Assembly (NCBI GenBank): GCA_963717435.1
Contig: OY970332.1
Location: forward strand, 832,001 to 896,000
Direction: 5' to 3'
DNA: 64,000 nucleotides
Source of the DNA: an uncultured bacterium
GTDB taxonomy: Bacteria; Babelota; Babeliae; Babelales; Babelaceae
The position numbers were made by a program, and so were the translations under genes. Numbering within the stretch: position 1 is the stretch's first letter; every line of letters starts with the position of its first letter. Shown piece after piece: positions 60,416-64,000 of this stretch. The notes beneath the pieces are model-generated. The model was not told the DNA's origin and searched no databases. It worked only from the letters and a program-made list of their open reading frames with translations.

Positions 60416-61546
60416 TCAGCCTAGAAATTTCTTAAAGAAACCAGCAATGCTGCTGCCGTTAGAGTCTGTTTTTGTGCCAATCTTTTCAGAATAATCTTTA
60501 AGCGATTTTTCAGAATCACTATTAAGTTTTTTAGGTATATCACATTTTGTTGTAACAACCCAATCGCCTCTGGTTTTGCCGCGAATTTTGTGGAAGCCCT
60601 TACCAGAAATAGTAAGTCTTTCACCAACTTGGCAGCCCCTAGGGACTTTTAGCGTCTCTTTAGATCCATCTATGTTAACAACTTCAACTTGGCAGCCGAA
60701 AACAAGTTCTGGGTAGGTCAAAGTTAAGCTACACTCAAGATCGTCGCCGACGCGTTTGAATTTTTTGTCCGGCATAACACGAATGCGAATATAAAGATCA
60801 CCAGGTTGGCCTCCATAAATACCAGCGTCACCTTTTCCTGTATCACGCAGGTCAGCCCCATCAAATATGCCCTTGGGGATATTTATAGCTAATGTGTCAT
60901 ATTGCTGAACACGGGATTGGCCCTTGCATGTTTTGCATGGCGATTGGATAATATAGCCTTCACCCTGGCATTTGCCACATGTTTGGCTAAATGCAAAGAA
61001 GCCCTGTTTATAAAACACGCTGCCGGTTCCCTGACATTGTGTACATTGGGTAATCTTAGATCCAGAATCGGCGCCTTTGCCCTTGCAGGTTGCGCAACTT
61101 ACAAAATGATAATAGGTAATATTTTTTGTTACACCCAAGAAAGACTCTTCAAGACTTATAGAGATCTCTTTTTGTATGTCATGACCGTCTTTGGGGGTTA
61201 AACCAGATTTTTTTGTTCTGCGACCAGTGCTTCCTGAAAACATATCACCGAAAATATCTCCAAAATTATTGAAAATATCATCCATGTTCATGCCTTGACC
61301 ATGACCACCGAATCCGCCCATTTGCGGGCCCTCATGGCCAAATTGGTCATATTGCTGTCTTTTTTTCTCATCAGAAAGAATTTCGTAGGCTTCAGCAGCT
61401 TCTTTGAATTTTTCTTCAGCCTCTTTGTTGCCTGGATTTCTGTCTGGATGATACTTAAGCGCCAGTTTTCTGTAAGCAGCCTTAATCTCTTCTTGTGTAG
61501 CTGTTTTGGAGAGACCAAGTATGTGATAATAATCTTGTTTTGCCAT
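60416..61546 (-). CDS. dnaJ: Chaperone DnaJ
   Basis: J domain with HPD, G/F region, four CxxCxGxG-type repeats. Confidence 0.97.
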   Translation of the reverse strand: MAKQDYYHILGLSKTATQEEIKAAYRKLALKYHPDRNPGNKEAEEKFKEAAEAYEILSDEKKRQQYDQFGHEGPQMGGFGGHGQGMNMDDIFNNFGDIFGDMFSGSTGRRTKKSGLTPKDGHDIQKEISISLEESFLGVTKNITYYHFVSCATCKGKGADSGSKITQCTQCQGTGSVFYKQGFFAFSQTCGKCQGEGYIIQSPCKTCKGQSRVQQYDTLAINIPKGIFDGADLRDTGKGDAGIYGGQPGDLYIRIRVMPDKKFKRVGDDLECSLTLTYPELVFGCQVEVVNIDGSKETLKVPRGCQVGERLTISGKGFHKIRGKTRGDWVVTTKCDIPKKLNSDSEKSLKDYSEKIGTKTDSNGSSIAGFFKKFLG

Positions 61547-61638
61547 ATTATAATAATAAATTTTATCTGGGTTTGCGTAACTATTTTTTTATATTATAAC
61601 CAATATTTCAATATTTTTTAATATTAAAATTGGGATTA

Positions 61639-64000
61639 TTACGGATTGTAAAAAGTCAAAACTGTGAAAAATAGCCATACTACCCCCAAAGCTGGCCAAT
61701 ACAGGTAAGTTGTTATCTGGTTAAAATATCTTTCCTTTGGATGGGTAAATAATGGCGTAAGCGCCATAAGCTGGAAGACAAAAATCGCGGCATAGGCGCA
61801 GAAGAAGAAATATTCTATGTATATTATATTGCTCGATTGTACTATGCCACGCAGTCTTGGGTGCATTAAGATTACAGAGAAAAATAGTGCTGTATAAGCC
61901 GCCGCTATATTAAATTTTAAATCTAATGAGTCGTATGCGGCCATTTCGTTGGAGTTTTTAAGATATAAGTCGCTTAGTAATTTAATTAAGAACACTGTTA
62001 AGAAAATAATAATTAGCGGGATCATGTCGGTCATCAGAGGGTTGGTTGTGTTCCGTTGAAGCTGTATTTCTAAAGTTAACCCATAAGAATTATTATTTTC
62101 TTCGACGCTGTTAAGACTATATTCCATGTTGTCATATGTGTAATACGAGTGCTTGATTGTAAAATCAGCAACTTGATATTCTTGTTCAATAAACTGCTTG
62201 GCCTTCATATTTGGAATAAATATGAACGACTCTTGGGCCGCATCAGGTTCTAGCGCTATTTCCAATTTTGGTCTATCAAATGGATACTTTGAGATATCAA
62301 GATCTTGTGTAATTTCTGCATAAATATCCCAACCAACTGTAACTTGATTGCCCGACTCTTGTTCATACATTTTTCTTAGCTCAAGTTTTTTAGCCTGAGG
62401 TATTCTTATGCCGGGAGTTTTGCCCTTTTGATATTGCTCTTGTAGATGGCCCGCGATTATAATAGATTCTTTGTCTGCGCTGATATCTATCGAATAAATA
62501 TCGATACCAATAGAAACTGGTACAGGCTTTGGAAGTTGTTTTTGTACGGCACGTTGTTCGATCATATCCAAATATTTTGTAAGCTTGGCAGCGGAAGTTA
62601 TTTTTTTTGCATCTAGCCGTTCGTTATATTTATTCTGGCGAGAATTGTATAATATTGTCATTATCGCTATCAATGGCACAATGCTTGCTAAAACCAGCAA
62701 AATATTTTTTGTTCTATCGCTAATCGGATAAGTATAAAATAGGCCAACAAAGCATGAGATTAAGAATATTGTGATAAGACATATAAATATAATATTTAAG
62801 TGTCTTAATGGAATCGGCGGGGCTTTTATCTCATCTTTTAGAGCCAAATGCACAGCGGTCCACTCGGCAATCGGTATTGGTTCATACCAGACGTAAAACT
62901 CTTTTCCAGACTCAGGTTCTCTTATTAATTCCCGTCCGAACTCTTTTTTTATCGCATCAGCTATTATTTTGTTTTGTTCTGCTGAGCTAAGTGAGCCGGA
63001 CGTTTCTTGATCTTTAAGTTGATAAATAATATTAGCATTATGATTAACTATAAGATTTGTTCCCACAGATTCGCCCAAGAACGCATTAAGTTTTTTGCCT
63101 AATTCATCTGCTTTATAGTTATAGGCCAAAACGCCATCATTAAACGGTATGGCAAAAGTGACAACCTTGGTTTTGGATATCGGGTGAGTGTATGGCAGTG
63201 ACCAATATTTACCATTTGCCAATGCATACATGTACCAGTTTGCTTCTGGCATATCATACGCTTTGACTTGCGTGTAATCATAAAGATCGGCTAAATTATA
63301 TTTAACGACTCCTGAAGATGTCATGATCCAAGTTGGTGCGCCAATTTTTTTGTCGTTCTTGTAGGCTACGGTTATGCTGTCCGCATATTTACTTCTTTTT
63401 TCCAGAATTCCCCTGACACGTTCGTCTATCTGCTTTTCGTTTAGATCATAATTTTTTATTTCTTCAGCCAAGAACGTTGCCGTAAATTCTGTATTGAACA
63501 AATTTCTTTCTATCTGTTTTGTAGCGCTTTGAAGTTGTATATATGTATAGTTTTCTGTTTTTTCGTAGCTTTCTTTATATAAATTATAAATTTTATAATT
63601 TGTAAAAAATATGCCAATTACTGATCCAAAAATAACTGTCAGCAATACAAATAATACAGAATATCTAATAATATCTTTTGAATTATAATTTCTATAAAGA
63701 AAATTTATGAACCAAATTGACCAATAAACTATTACTCCAATACTAAGAATAGTTAAAATTAATAACAGATAAAAAATAGAAGACAATTTTTGTAGAGCTT
63801 CATCAATTTCAATAAATGCAACGATGTTCCAGGTGCTGTATGGCTCATAGTCCCAACTTTCTATTATAGATGCCGTACCCTTTGATTTTATTATATTTCC
63901 TATTGTTTCCTCTGATGTGATTTTGCTCAAAAGCTCTGGATGTTTTTCTTCGATATCTTTGGCACGCTTTTTGCCGCCAAAAAAACTAAATATAATTTTG
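61639..64000 (-). CDS. Cache-domain-fused pentameric ligand-gated ion channel subunit (5' partial)
   Basis: Frame open to window edge; dCache-like WY..WSLPY..VVTFAIP; then PVSIGI, DISKYPFD, LQR-x8-IP and four TMs. Confidence 0.8.
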   Translation of the reverse strand, partial: KIIFSFFGGKKRAKDIEEKHPELLSKITSEETIGNIIKSKGTASIIESWDYEPYSTWNIVAFIEIDEALQKLSSIFYLLLILTILSIGVIVYWSIWFINFLYRNYNSKDIIRYSVLFVLLTVIFGSVIGIFFTNYKIYNLYKESYEKTENYTYIQLQSATKQIERNLFNTEFTATFLAEEIKNYDLNEKQIDERVRGILEKRSKYADSITVAYKNDKKIGAPTWIMTSSGVVKYNLADLYDYTQVKAYDMPEANWYMYALANGKYWSLPYTHPISKTKVVTFAIPFNDGVLAYNYKADELGKKLNAFLGESVGTNLIVNHNANIIYQLKDQETSGSLSSAEQNKIIADAIKKEFGRELIREPESGKEFYVWYEPIPIAEWTAVHLALKDEIKAPPIPLRHLNIIFICLITIFLISCFVGLFYTYPISDRTKNILLVLASIVPLIAIMTILYNSRQNKYNERLDAKKITSAAKLTKYLDMIEQRAVQKQLPKPVPVSIGIDIYSIDISADKESIIIAGHLQEQYQKGKTPGIRIPQAKKLELRKMYEQESGNQVTVGWDIYAEITQDLDISKYPFDRPKLEIALEPDAAQESFIFIPNMKAKQFIEQEYQVADFTIKHSYYTYDNMEYSLNSVEENNNSYGLTLEIQLQRNTTNPLMTDMIPLIIIFLTVFLIKLLSDLYLKNSNEMAAYDSLDLKFNIAAAYTALFFSVILMHPRLRGIVQSSNIIYIEYFFFCAYAAIFVFQLMALTPLFTHPKERYFNQITTYLYWPALGVVWLFFTVLTFYNP

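Noticed and set aside
1156-63281. Many 60-140 aa antisense or nested ORFs in the track
   Set aside because: Shadows of longer genes with clear family motifs; no independent support

Overview
AT-rich bacterial chromosomal window, standard code 11. The gene content most resembles an intracellular protist symbiont or parasite of Candidatus Dependentiae (TM6/Babelota). That assignment is my inference from the many signal-peptide orphans, ankyrin proteins, ATP-dependent DNA ligase, NurA and PIN-PhoH, not a database result. Housekeeping genes (serS, hemW, trxA, secD, pgsA, dnaE, lemA, rodA, dnaJ, four tRNAs) are interleaved with secreted orphans, three toxin-antitoxin loci (one with a 5'-truncated hicA) and a heavily frameshifted uvrA. 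The most striking signal is non-coding: a family of GC-rich palindromic mini-elements (about GAYCCYTCGATAC-hairpin-CACTCRGGRCGAGCGGG) inserted in-frame in at least four genes. A second 30-33 bp element is nested inside some copies, and related units form CCA-bounded hairpin trailers directly behind the tRNA genes. Also notable: a stand-alone NYH-type cyclodipeptide synthase, a Cache-fused pentameric ligand-gated ion channel, and several candidate host-directed effector families. All calls come from reading motifs by eye; no searches were run.
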